A DNA stretch of 41,487 bases from a virus, in the IMG/VR virus record IMGVR_UViG_3300050505_000164, positions 1 through 41,487 of that record; one strand, written 5' to 3'. This document shows, piece after piece, positions 25,312-32,674 of this stretch (position 1 is the first letter of the stretch; the number at the start of each line of letters is the position of its first letter). Both the position numbers and the translations under genes were made by a program. The notes under the pieces are model-generated. The model was not told the origin of the DNA, searched no databases, and saw nothing but the letters and a program-made list of their open reading frames with translations.

Positions 25312-26847
25312 ATGTCAAGCACACAACAGCGATCGATTTTGAAACCAGCGGTCATCGAACAATCGGCGTCAAAGATCGGCATCTTCGGTCCAGGGGGCTC
25401 GGGTAAGAGTCTGACGGCCACGTTGATTGCGATCGCGCTCTCGAAGATCTATCACAAGGGCGCCCCGGTCATCATGCAGGACACGGAAGGCGCTTCCGAC
25501 TGGCTGATTCCCATTTACAAGATGGAAGGCGTCGAACTACACCGCGTCAAAAGCAAATCCTTCGTCGATATGCGTCAGGCCCTCCGGGAAGGGGAGGACA
25601 TGGGCGCCTGCGTGTTCATCGATGACAGCTATTCCCATCCCTGGCAGGAATTGCAGAGCTCGTTAAAGAAACGCCTGAATGTGAAGAAGCTCGAGTTTCA
25701 TCACATGCAGGAGCTCCAGGAGCTCTGGCAGGAGTGGGTTGAGCAGTTTCTTAACAGCCAGCTGCATTGCGTTCTCGCCGGCCGTCTCGCTTACGAATGG
25801 GAAAACGACGTCGACGTGGAAACCGGACGCATGGGTTTCCACAAAGCAGGAACCAAGATGCGATCGGAAAAGGATGCCGGCTACGAACCGCACCTGTTGA
25901 TTGAAATGGAAGCGATCCGCGTCATGCAGGAAGTTCGTGAAGTTGCCCAGGGTCACGGCCGAAAAAAGAAAACGAAAATCGACAAAAAGGCCGGCGGTCA
26001 CTTCCAGCACCGGTTGCACATCCTAAAAGATCGTTCCCGGATCCTGAACGGCCGAATGTTCGAATTCCACGATATTAACGATTACAAGCCGGGCGGTTGG
26101 AACCTGGTGTTTGAAGCGCTGAAGCCCCACTTCGACAACATGAACATCGGAGGGTCGAAGAATCACGCCATCAGTTCGAACCGGACCAGCGCGGAACTGT
26201 TCGACGATCGCGGCATGTCGGCTTATCAGCAACGCTCGAAGCAGGTGGCGATCGCGCTCGAGGAGATTGAGGGGACGCTGGTCACGTTGTGGTCCGGCCA
26301 GGACGCCAAATCGAAGGAACTGAAACGGACCGCGGTGGAATCCCTGTTCAATACCCGCAGCTGGACAGCGGTGGAGAGTGAATCTCTCGAAACGCTGGAA
26401 TGGGGGCTCAGCGTTTTGCGCCAATTCGAAAGACGCTTCGGCAAAGAAGCAGCCAGCGCGATCACGGACAAAGATGCGGCCATCGCCTTCCTGGATAAGT
26501 TGAAAGCGGAGCCGCGCGGCGAGACGTACGAAGAGATCACACCAAAGCCCCTCCAGGAAGCACATAAGGGCCTCGATAGGCTTCAACTGGAACAGCTCTG
26601 GAGTAATTCCGAGTTCGCCGGCATCACCTCAAAGAAGGGCTCTTCGCTCGCGAAAACGGGATTGGATCTGGGATGGACGCCGGCGCAGTTCATGAAGCTG
26701 ATCGAATCGTACGACGTCCCACCAGATACGTTGAAGTGTGAGCAGGAGATCTACGACCGAATCTTGATCAGCCTGGCGCGCGGACCGGAAGAAGTGATTC
26801 CGAAGCTTCCCGTTCGGATCACGGAAACCGAAGCCGTTCCGGCGTAA
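25312..26847 (+). CDS. RecA-fold ATPase (AAA_24 / Sak4-like N-terminal domain) with long C-terminal extension
   Basis: Walker A is IGIFGPGGSGKS and Walker B-like is ACVFIDDSYS. About 230 aa of ATPase core are followed by about 280 aa of unknown domain. Confidence 0.75.
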   Translation: MSSTQQRSILKPAVIEQSASKIGIFGPGGSGKSLTATLIAIALSKIYHKGAPVIMQDTEGASDWLIPIYKMEGVELHRVKSKSFVDMRQALREGEDMGACVFIDDSYSHPWQELQSSLKKRLNVKKLEFHHMQELQELWQEWVEQFLNSQLHCVLAGRLAYEWENDVDVETGRMGFHKAGTKMRSEKDAGYEPHLLIEMEAIRVMQEVREVAQGHGRKKKTKIDKKAGGHFQHRLHILKDRSRILNGRMFEFHDINDYKPGGWNLVFEALKPHFDNMNIGGSKNHAISSNRTSAELFDDRGMSAYQQRSKQVAIALEEIEGTLVTLWSGQDAKSKELKRTAVESLFNTRSWTAVESESLETLEWGLSVLRQFERRFGKEAASAITDKDAAIAFLDKLKAEPRGETYEEITPKPLQEAHKGLDRLQLEQLWSNSEFAGITSKKGSSLAKTGLDLGWTPAQFMKLIESYDVPPDTLKCEQEIYDRILISLARGPEEVIPKLPVRITETEAVPA

Positions 26848-26850
26848 CCC

Positions 26851-27135
26851 ATGCGTCGGCTGAATGCCAAATTTCATGGAAATCGGTGCTCCGGTTGTGG
26901 GGCACCGATCCTAATTGGAAACCCGATCGATTATGACGACCAGCACAAGAAGGCGTACCACGCGTGCAGTCCGCAAGGACCAGGAGACCTCAGTGAAGCC
27001 CATGCCCTCGCCGATCGGCTCGGATTTATTCGAGAAGGCGACCCGATACCAGCCAGTTGGGGTTTGTCGGTTTTGTCTGAAACCCCTGGAAGCGATACAG
27101 CCAGGAGGCTCGAGCCCGAGGCATTGCTCGTCTGA
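26851..27135 (+). CDS. Small zinc-ribbon-like protein
   Basis: Motif CSGC-x21-H-x-C near the N-terminus. 94 aa. Confidence 0.55.
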   Translation: MRRLNAKFHGNRCSGCGAPILIGNPIDYDDQHKKAYHACSPQGPGDLSEAHALADRLGFIREGDPIPASWGLSVLSETPGSDTARRLEPEALLV

Positions 27136-27159
27136 GATTCCGTACGGAGGATGTCGGTA

Positions 27160-27696
27160 ATGACTGCGTTCCCTAAGCCGGTCCGCGAACTCAACGAAGT
27201 CTATCTCGATCACGTTCGTGGACTGAAATGCATCGGACTTTATCTGTTGAATCAGGAGGACCGGCAGCTGCACGCGCAATGCTGCCAGTACGTCCAGACC
27301 GAGCGCTCGGAAGCGAACCACATCCGGAAGGCCTGTTTCACAGGGTTTCGAACTAAGCCCAACGACAAGGGATTCACATTGCCGTTCTGCCAGGTGCTTC
27401 ACAATCTCTACACACAGATCGGCCACCGAAGATTTATGGAGCGGTTCGACCTAGACGACAAGACGCTCTTCGATGAAATGCGACGGATTGAACGAGAGTA
27501 CGACGCGGCCCACCGGACTCGGCGACCCATCATTCATCGCAGCCCAAAAGCGCAAGTTGGAAAGCTGCAGATCACCTGCATCTGCGGCGAACGACACTCG
27601 ATTCCAGTAACCCGGACACTGATCCGGAACGCCGCGCTTCACTTCTGGTGCGTCACCCAGGGGAAGAACGTGACGGTGAAATTGAGGAAACCTTGA
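27160..27696 (+). CDS. Cys/His-rich phage protein, nuclease-like (DUF968/YbcO-like resemblance, weak)
   Basis: GGAGG lies 9 nt upstream of ATG 27160 (the ORF track starts at 27151). The pattern PKPVR...YLDHVRGLKC...ANHIR...KPND...LPFCQVLH resembles small phage HNH-like nucleases. C-terminal CICGERH. Confidence 0.5.
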   Translation: MTAFPKPVRELNEVYLDHVRGLKCIGLYLLNQEDRQLHAQCCQYVQTERSEANHIRKACFTGFRTKPNDKGFTLPFCQVLHNLYTQIGHRRFMERFDLDDKTLFDEMRRIEREYDAAHRTRRPIIHRSPKAQVGKLQITCICGERHSIPVTRTLIRNAALHFWCVTQGKNVTVKLRKP

Positions 27697-27725
27697 CCCT
27701 GAACGAAGTGAAGAGCGCTCCATTA

Positions 27726-27863
27726 ATGATTATGGGATTTGTCATTCTCAGCGTTGCTTTGGTTTTCACGTGCGTGATCCTGCTGGTTATGTATCCGTTT
27801 GTCGCCGTGATTCGGCCAGAGCGATTCCTTAGTGGTTTAACGTCAATAGGTGAATCCAAATGA
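27726..27863 (+). CDS. Small single-pass membrane protein
   Basis: Hydrophobic core MIMGFVILSVALVFTCVILLVMYPFVAVI. ATGA overlap with the next gene. Start uncertain (GTG 27708 or ATG 27726/27732). Confidence 0.45.
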   Translation: MIMGFVILSVALVFTCVILLVMYPFVAVIRPERFLSGLTSIGESK

Positions 27864-28441
27864 GTGTTTTTGAGCGTCCGGAAGTCGTCGAACGGTATGG
27901 GAGGGAGCGGGCACAATGGCGAGATCTATATCCTTCCGAAAGCTGGATCTTGTCTCACCTCCCAACGTTGTCCGTGCATACCGTTTTAGATTTCGGTTGT
28001 GCTGCGGGTGGATTTCGAAACCTGTTTCCACATGCTCAGTACAGTGGAGTCGACCAGAGTTTATCGATGCTGGAAAAGGCGAAGGAGTCCCATCCGGACA
28101 GTCTCTTTTGGGACAACTTGCCCGACAGCGGCCTTTATGACCTCGTGATGTCGCTTGGAACCTTACCGCACATTGCGGACTGGGAATCACGAATCTGGCA
28201 GCTCTGGAAACTGACTCGCACCCATTTAGTCATCGATCTACGTTTAGGTTCGGAGGATCGGACGGGAACCTATCAAGATGTGCCGTACCACATCTTGAGT
28301 TATCGCCGGGCGTTGCGTTTTTTGAACTGCCTTAATCCTCAATCCTTGACATTGCATGGATATACCCACGCTTCGAATTGTGAAGAGTTCCCGGAGGTCT
28401 TCATGGGGGTGTTCTTGCTCGAAAAGAGGCGATCGAATTGA
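27860..28441 (+). CDS. Class I SAM-dependent methyltransferase
   Basis: Motif I VLDFGCAAGG, followed by YSGVDQS and DLVMSLGTLPHI (post-I and motif II/III-like). Confidence 0.8.
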   Translation: MSVFERPEVVERYGRERAQWRDLYPSESWILSHLPTLSVHTVLDFGCAAGGFRNLFPHAQYSGVDQSLSMLEKAKESHPDSLFWDNLPDSGLYDLVMSLGTLPHIADWESRIWQLWKLTRTHLVIDLRLGSEDRTGTYQDVPYHILSYRRALRFLNCLNPQSLTLHGYTHASNCEEFPEVFMGVFLLEKRRSN

Positions 28442-28614
28442 GGAAGCAGGCGAGTAAGTACACGCTGAAGTTATATAAGGGCCGGAAGCTCATCGCGGAA
28501 CAAACGTGGGACGCGAACGAATCCTTTCTCGACGACATCACGGCCGACGCCGAGCAGATTATCGAAGAAGCGTTTGAATGCAATCGACCCGAACCAGAGA
28601 AGGTCACCGAGTGA
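28438..28614 (+). CDS. 58-aa acidic ORF not in the ORF track
   Basis: TTG 28438 overlaps the upstream TGA (TTGA), and its TGA overlaps the downstream GTG (GTGA). It exactly fills the 28442-28610 gap. Product: LRKQASKYTLKLYKGRKLIAEQTWDANESFLDDITADAEQIIEEAFECNRPEPEKVTE. Confidence 0.5.
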   Translation: MRKQASKYTLKLYKGRKLIAEQTWDANESFLDDITADAEQIIEEAFECNRPEPEKVTE

Positions 28615-29174
28615 ACAACTTCATCGAGAAGCGTTATCAGGGTTTGATCGTCTGTCGGAAATACACCCGCACCTGGTCGTTCCCGGTGGAAGTCGCGAAG
28701 TTGATCCAGCAGGAAACGGCCGATATGTCGGTGCTTCATTTATACGGTGGACTCGCAGAGGGGGGGGTAAAGCTGGATGCGGATCCGCTGACCCGGCCGG
28801 ATGTTATCGGCAATTCGCTGTTTCCGCCATTCGCTTGCGAATCCTTCGACGTGGTAATCGTCGATCCACCGTACAAGTCCATCTACAACATGCCCAGCGC
28901 GGTCTTGATGCCGGCGGCGTGCGTCGCAAAGCATTGGGTCTGGTGGTTTCACACGCATTATCAACCTCACGTCTGCGGCCTGGTTCCCCATCGTTGGTGG
29001 TCGGTGCTTCCGTCGAAACGCGGACCGCTGCGCTGTCTGATCGAATACAAAAGGACACGGCATCCACGAGGCCACACGATGGTTCACAACTGGAAAACGT
29101 CTCCAGAGATGCAACCTTACAACTGGAGCCGACATCTTCTTCAAAGACCCTTATCACTGACGGGAGTGGCTTGA
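28611..29174 (+). CDS. Small amino-methyltransferase with DPPY motif (putative DNA N6-A/N4-C methyltransferase; possible TcmP-like partner)
   Basis: GTG 28611 (GTGA overlap). Motif I-like LHLYGGLAEGG, and motif IV VVIVDPPYKS about 35 aa later. Confidence 0.7.
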   Translation: MNNFIEKRYQGLIVCRKYTRTWSFPVEVAKLIQQETADMSVLHLYGGLAEGGVKLDADPLTRPDVIGNSLFPPFACESFDVVIVDPPYKSIYNMPSAVLMPAACVAKHWVWWFHTHYQPHVCGLVPHRWWSVLPSKRGPLRCLIEYKRTRHPRGHTMVHNWKTSPEMQPYNWSRHLLQRPLSLTGVA

Positions 29175-29177
29175 ACG

Positions 29178-30158
29178 ATGTCCGATAAAAGCAACATCGA
29201 GTGGACGGATGCAACCTGGAATCCCGTGAGGGGATGCACGAAGGTGAGTCCGGGTTGCAAAAACTGTTACGCGGAGACTTTTGCCGAACGGTTCCGTGGT
29301 GTCGCTGGCCATCCGTACGAGCAAGGATTCGATCTCCGGTTGATTCCTGAAAAACTCGATGAACCACTGCATTGGCGGAAGCCGCGTCGCATCTTCGTCA
29401 ACTCCATGAGTGATCTCTTTCAGGACGGCGTCGACGATCAATTCATTTCCCTTGTTTTTGCCACAATGTATTGTTCGCCGCAGCACACCTTCCAGATCCT
29501 TACAAAGCGTCCGGAGCGGATGCTGAACTATCTAAAAGAAATGTCGAGTGATCCTGATGGTTATTGTTTTGCTTGGGCTCACGAGGAATTCGGTTCATTG
29601 AAGTGCGGTCCACAAGTATGGCCGCTGCCTAACGTCTGGCTTGGAGTTTCCGTCGAGAGCCAGCAGTACGCCGATGAGCGGATCCCGCTTCTGCAGCAGA
29701 CGCCGGCGGCGGTCAGGTTTATTAGCTATGAACCGGCCTTGGGGCCGATCGACATCTCGGACTTCCTGAAAAGTCACGGCGTCATTGGACCGAAGAAAAT
29801 CCCTCACGCCCGTAACGAACACTGCAAGATTGCCGGGTGTAAACACTTTGAACCGCTCGACTGGGTGATCGTTGGCGGAGAAAGCGGACCATGTTCGAGG
29901 CCCTTTAACATTCAGTGGGCTCGCGATGTCGTGCAACAATGCCAACTCGCCGGCGTTTCAGTCTTCGTGAAGCAGCTCGGCGCGAAACCGTTTCTCCACT
30001 TTGAAAGCAGTCACCATGAGGAACGGCCCGGATTCAAACTTCACATCGAACAAATGCAGGTCGATCGAACGTTCCAGCTCAAGGATCGCAAAGGTGGCGA
30101 CATGTCCGAGTGGGAAGAAGCGCTTCGGGTTCGAGAATTTCCGGCGGTGAACGCATGA
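29178..30158 (+). CDS. Phage Gp37/Gp68 family protein (DUF5131)
   Basis: N-terminal signature SNIEWTDATWNPVRGCTKVSPGCKNCYAE with three Cys (C-x6-C-x2-C), and later WVIVGGESGP. Both are characteristic of this family as I recall it. Confidence 0.8.
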   Translation: MSDKSNIEWTDATWNPVRGCTKVSPGCKNCYAETFAERFRGVAGHPYEQGFDLRLIPEKLDEPLHWRKPRRIFVNSMSDLFQDGVDDQFISLVFATMYCSPQHTFQILTKRPERMLNYLKEMSSDPDGYCFAWAHEEFGSLKCGPQVWPLPNVWLGVSVESQQYADERIPLLQQTPAAVRFISYEPALGPIDISDFLKSHGVIGPKKIPHARNEHCKIAGCKHFEPLDWVIVGGESGPCSRPFNIQWARDVVQQCQLAGVSVFVKQLGAKPFLHFESSHHEERPGFKLHIEQMQVDRTFQLKDRKGGDMSEWEEALRVREFPAVNA

Positions 30159-30406
30159 CCATCGATCCCATCCTGACAGCCGCGGAAGTCGCCAAAGATC
30201 TCCGAATCTCAAAATCCCAGGCGTACAACCTCATCAATGGGGAAGTTGAAGGTGTTAAGCAGCTTCCGCATTTACGTGTCGGCCGGCGCCGGATCGTGAC
30301 GCGATCGGCTCTGGAACGCTGGAAACTCGAAAATATGACAACTTCAGGTATCCTTCCGGCCGAGTCGGAAAAGGACACCAGGACGCATTCAAAGGAGATC
30401 ATGTAA
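30155..30406 (+). CDS. xis: Excisionase / MerR-type HTH DNA-binding protein
   Basis: ATGA overlap upstream and TAATG overlap with the integrase. Motif LTAAEVAKDLRISKSQAYNLI...LRVGRRRIVTRSALERW is typical of the excisionase HTH_17 family. Confidence 0.8.
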   Translation: MTIDPILTAAEVAKDLRISKSQAYNLINGEVEGVKQLPHLRVGRRRIVTRSALERWKLENMTTSGILPAESEKDTRTHSKEIM

Positions 30407-31485
30407 TGCGTCGAAGATTTCAAAGCGGGAGCGTCACGAAGTCAGCCGATGGACGGTACTGGATCGGAAAGTGGCGAGATCCCGAACGGAAGCACAAATC
30501 GAAGTTGTTAGGTAAGGTTCGCGAGATGTCGAAATCGGAAGCAAAGGAACAGTTGACGTCGATGCTTCGACCGGTGAACGCCGCGGTTGAAGGCGTCGGT
30601 CCAACCGTTTCCACCTTTCTGAATGAGACCTATTTCCCATTGCTCAGCAGGAAGTGGAAACCGTCCACCCTGGGCACGAATCAGGATCGGATCGACCGGG
30701 AGATCGGAGTGGCATTCGGCGAACGCATGTTGACGTCTTTAAATCGAGAAGAACTGCAAGCGTTCCTTGATTCGAAATCCGGGTTGTCGTACAGCACGGC
30801 GGCTCATCTCCGGTGGGATCTAAAACAGATGTTCGATGTGGCGATGGCGGAAGGCCTGGTCACGAAGAATCCGGCGCTGATGTTGTTTGTTCCCAGAACG
30901 TGTCTGAAGCCGAAGCGTCTCACGATGACTCTGGAGCATGTTCGTCGAGCGATCGGCGGACTCGAGCTCCGGGAACGGCTGGTTTTCAAGCTGGCGACTG
31001 TGGCTGGCCTGCGGCCTGGGGAGATCTTTGGACTTCGGCGCCGGAGAGTACTCGACCAGGTGTTGGATATTCAAGAACGTGTGTATCGCGGAGAGATGGG
31101 AACGCCGAAAACAGAACGGTCGGTGCGGTCCGTCACGATCGCGACAACACTACGGGAGGATATCGACGCCTGGTTACTCGAGTCGCCGGGTGGTTCAGAA
31201 GCATGGCTCTTTCCTTCGGAGCGGTTGATCACTCCGATCTCGAAAGATAATTTCATGGGCCGGTATCTAAAGCCGGCACTCCAGAAGATTGGATTGAGTT
31301 TCGTCAATTACCAAATCATGCGCCGGACCCACGCATCGCTGATGCGGGATCTCGGCGTGGATCCGAAGATCGTGGCGGAACTGATGGGCCACGACCTGGA
31401 TGTGAATTTGAACGTATATACGCAGACCTCTTTGGAATCGCGGCTTCGCGCCGCGGAGACGCTGGGATCTGCGCTTGTGAATTAA
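30406..31485 (+). CDS. int: Tyrosine integrase
   Basis: 359 aa. Catalytic-region motifs GLRPGEIFGLRRR, MRRTHASLM and LMGHDLDVNLNVYTQ (Arg...His-x-x-Arg...His...Tyr). Confidence 0.92.
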   Translation: MRRRFQSGSVTKSADGRYWIGKWRDPERKHKSKLLGKVREMSKSEAKEQLTSMLRPVNAAVEGVGPTVSTFLNETYFPLLSRKWKPSTLGTNQDRIDREIGVAFGERMLTSLNREELQAFLDSKSGLSYSTAAHLRWDLKQMFDVAMAEGLVTKNPALMLFVPRTCLKPKRLTMTLEHVRRAIGGLELRERLVFKLATVAGLRPGEIFGLRRRRVLDQVLDIQERVYRGEMGTPKTERSVRSVTIATTLREDIDAWLLESPGGSEAWLFPSERLITPISKDNFMGRYLKPALQKIGLSFVNYQIMRRTHASLMRDLGVDPKIVAELMGHDLDVNLNVYTQTSLESRLRAAETLGSALVN

Positions 31486-31494
31486 CGCGGCAGA
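31482..31494. repeat. 13-bp direct repeat ttaacgcggcaga, copy 1
   Basis: Read directly. It overlaps the int stop codon. Confidence 0.95.
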
Positions 31495-31549
31495 ATGTGG
31501 AATAGCAGGCTTTAAGTCAGTGGGTTATCTGATAGAATCGATTGGTCAA

Positions 31550-31591
31550 GCGGGAGTAATTCAGCGGTAGAATGCCAGCTTCCCAAATCGG
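31550..31591 (+). other. tRNA-Gly(CCC)-like 5' half (acceptor arm, D-arm, anticodon arm up to the loop); not a complete tRNA
   Basis: GCGGGAG-TA-ATTC-AGCGGTA-GAAT-G-CCAGC-TTCCCAA parallels the layout of E. coli glyU as I recall it. The 3' anticodon stem (ATCGG) no longer pairs, and no T-arm follows. Confidence 0.55.
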
Positions 31592-31607
31592 CTCTAGTTA
31601 GAAAAAC

Positions 31608-31635
31608 AAAGAACATTGCGTCCACGGTGTTCTTT
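31608..31635. repeat. Inverted repeat / weak hairpin in the att region
   Basis: AAAGAACA (31608-31615) and TGTTCTTT (31628-31635) are perfect complements around a 12-nt loop, with an A-run upstream and a T-run downstream. It could be a weak bidirectional terminator or a protein-binding site. Confidence 0.5.
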
Positions 31636-31683
31636 TCCGAACTCTAAACCCACCCAAAATTAGGCCTAATTTCGCATCTGCTC

Positions 31684-31696
31684 TTAACGCGGCAGA
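31684..31696. repeat. 13-bp direct repeat ttaacgcggcaga, copy 2
   Basis: Read directly, 202 nt downstream of copy 1. Confidence 0.95.
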
Positions 31697-31748
31697 CATG
31701 CGGCATACCGCGCTGTCATTCACTGCCATCGATAGGAGCCCCAGTAAA

Positions 31749-32099
31749 ATGTTCAATCTCCGAAATGAAAATGAAGTTCTTGAATGTGCGGAAAAAATCC
31801 GAGCCGACCGCGAGGCAAAGTGCAATCAGGTCGAAATGGTCGAGAGATTGGGTCGAGATTTGCAAGACGAGCCAGTCCGCACGAGAATCGGCCCCACCAA
31901 CGAAGACGTCGTTTCCCATCACAGTCCTGATCGTGAGCAGATCCAGCGGATTACCACTATCCGAGCAGCTGCACGCAACTTCCTGGACGCCATCGACCAG
32001 AACTGTGGCCGCTGTGCCGATGCGACGGCCGCGAAGCGTAAAGTCCGTGAAGCAATGATGACGGCCAACGCGGCCATCGTCCTTAACGGAGCGGTTTAA
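31749..32099 (+). CDS. Acb2/Tad1-hairpin-domain-like protein (possible nucleotide-signal sponge / anti-defence)
   Basis: AGGAG lies 10 nt upstream of ATG 31749. The C-terminal half HHSPDREQIQRITTIRAAARNFLDAIDQNCGRCADATAAKRKVREAMMTANAAIVLNG fits the pattern YH.P..EQ...IR.AA..L...ID.NCP..RE.SLA.TKLEEAVMWANAAI recalled for this family. Confidence 0.5.
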   Translation: MFNLRNENEVLECAEKIRADREAKCNQVEMVERLGRDLQDEPVRTRIGPTNEDVVSHHSPDREQIQRITTIRAAARNFLDAIDQNCGRCADATAAKRKVREAMMTANAAIVLNGAV

Positions 32100-32114
32100 C
32101 CAAGGCGAGGCTCT

Positions 32115-32306
32115 ATGACCCCAAACGACATCGCCTACACGATCGACCGGCGCCGGAAACAACATCTTCAGAATCAGCCCCAGGAACATGAGGTCCGTTT
32201 CTTCAGGATGTTGATCACTGGCTTTGCGATCAGCGCGGCGATCTGGATCTTACTGTTTCTGGTGATAGACGGATTTCTGCACCACTTTCACTTTTGGCGA
32301 CCGTAA
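32115..32306 (+). CDS. Small membrane protein
   Basis: 63 aa with the hydrophobic segment MLITGFAISAAIWILLFLVIDGFL. Confidence 0.55.
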   Translation: MTPNDIAYTIDRRRKQHLQNQPQEHEVRFFRMLITGFAISAAIWILLFLVIDGFLHHFHFWRP

Positions 32307-32330
32307 ATAAAACCACTCAAGGAGCATCGA

Positions 32331-32669
32331 ATGAAGAGTCAGAATTGCATGTTTCGGCAGGGAGACGTTCTTTTGCGTCGAGTCAAAGAAATTCCAACCG
32401 ACGCGATCGTTACGGACAAAAAGGACCAGTTCGGGAACGATCGAATTGTCCTGGCGTACGGTGAAGTTACCGGCCACGCCCACGCGATCCACGACCTCGA
32501 TAACGTTGACGTCTTCGTCAAAGGCGATGGCACGATGTATCTGGAAGTGAAGTCTGAAGCGGCTCTTCAGCACGAGGAACACGCAACGATCACACTGCCG
32601 GCGGGCAACTACGAGCGCGTGATTCAGCGTGAATATTCACCCGAAGAGATTCGTAACGTCGCGGACTAA
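32331..32669 (+). CDS. Conserved-looking hypothetical protein (GEVTGHAH / HEEH motifs)
   Basis: AAGGAG SD upstream. 112 aa with GDVLL...LAYGEVTGHAHAI...LQHEEHATITLPAGNYERVIQREY. I recognise this as a recurrent phage protein type without a known function. Confidence 0.7.
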   Translation: MKSQNCMFRQGDVLLRRVKEIPTDAIVTDKKDQFGNDRIVLAYGEVTGHAHAIHDLDNVDVFVKGDGTMYLEVKSEAALQHEEHATITLPAGNYERVIQREYSPEEIRNVAD

Positions 32670-32674
32670 TATCG

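Larger units (their letters stand above)
31482..31696. other. Candidate attP region
   Basis: Non-coding stretch immediately 3' of int. It is bracketed by perfect 13-bp direct repeats and contains a tRNA-like fragment and an inverted repeat. Confidence 0.6.

Noticed and set aside
28574-29367. ORFs 28574..29188 (+, alternative frame) and 28804..29367 (-)
   Set aside because: They overlap the DPPY methyltransferase frame, which carries recognisable motifs. The products are Arg/Gly/Ser-rich.
31550-31625. A functional tRNA gene
   Set aside because: Only the 5' half is tRNA-like. The 3' strand of the anticodon stem does not pair, and no T-arm (GTTCGA-type) or acceptor 3' strand follows.
31598-31825. 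75-aa minus-strand ORF in the att region
   Set aside because: It spans the hairpin, one 13-bp repeat and the start of the next + gene. It has no SD and a low-complexity product.
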